Origin: Callorhinchus milii
Lineage: Eukaryota
NCBI RefSeq assembly: GCF_018977255.1
Contig: NW_024704743.1
Coordinates: forward strand, 91,762,001 to 91,826,000
Direction: 5' to 3'
Length of the DNA stretch: 64,000 bases
Below the pieces are notes generated by a model, which searched no databases, was not told the DNA's origin, and was given only the letters and a program-made list of their open reading frames with translations. Shown one piece after another: positions 63,476 through 64,000 of this stretch; within the stretch, counting starts at the first letter, position 1, and each line of letters starts with the position of its first letter. The translations under genes and the position numbers were made by a program.

Positions 63476-64000
63476 GTTTGTTATTCACATAGAGTTAAAC
63501 TCAGTCATATTGCTTCATTGTGAGAGAATTTCTACTTTGGACAAGAAATTTAGACATCAAGCTTTCAAAACTTCTGCAAGATTTATTCCAAGGCTCTCTT
63601 TTTAGATTATCTACTTTAGAGCATTTGTGCTTGTGTCTGAATTGTTTGTAGCTTTTTGCTCCTACATTCCGCTTTCTGATAAATTTTGTTTAATTGGCTA
63701 TATCCTGTGGTTTGCTGATAACACTCAGTCTTGCGATAGAGACTAGAATGTGTAGCTATATTAATTATTAATCAAATGATCCCATAAGCATCATGTTTTA
63801 TGAAAAGACATCTGATGCTCCAAAATGGCACAGTTCATAAGAGATCCATCCAATATGAATTGTGTGCCTGCCTACAATTTTGAACAGTTCCAAAACTTTG
63901 CTTGCATGTAAAGATTTCAAGCTATTCTTAATGCACCAAACCGATGCAGTGATAGCCAAACAGATGGACATGGACAGTTTCCAGGTTTCACTTAACCTTG

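Overview
This is eukaryotic, AT-rich, repeat-dense vertebrate DNA. The repeat inventory points to a cartilaginous fish, probably a holocephalan such as Callorhinchus (inference): tRNA-Ala-headed SINEs with L2-type tails, Deu-domain SINEs, HER1-like CR1 tails and Penelope-type hammerhead fragments. I cannot recognise any intact host protein-coding gene. The long ORFs are either LINE ORF2 remnants (L2, CR1, Tx1/L1) or low-complexity artefacts. The one gene-like locus is a CpG- and microsatellite-rich region at about 2.8-5.7 kb. It has a minus-strand TATA box, two GTGAGT donors, an acceptor, and then either a weak donor or twin AATAAA signals. This fits the 5' non-coding exons of a gene continuing left of the window, or a short spliced lncRNA; I could not identify it. 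The other ~58 kb look intergenic or intronic. Highlights: (1) short Penelope-like elements carrying minimal hammerhead ribozyme cores, one with a 16-bp TSD and an internal inversion; (2) one old SINE split by three independent LINE insertions, two with readable TSDs; (3) a chimeric SINE/L2 partnership with a shared 3' stem-loop but different terminal repeats; (4) several unclassified repeats (a 60-bp inverted pair, a 550-bp dispersed repeat, a 180-bp local duplication). All coordinates were read by eye, and element boundaries are approximate.
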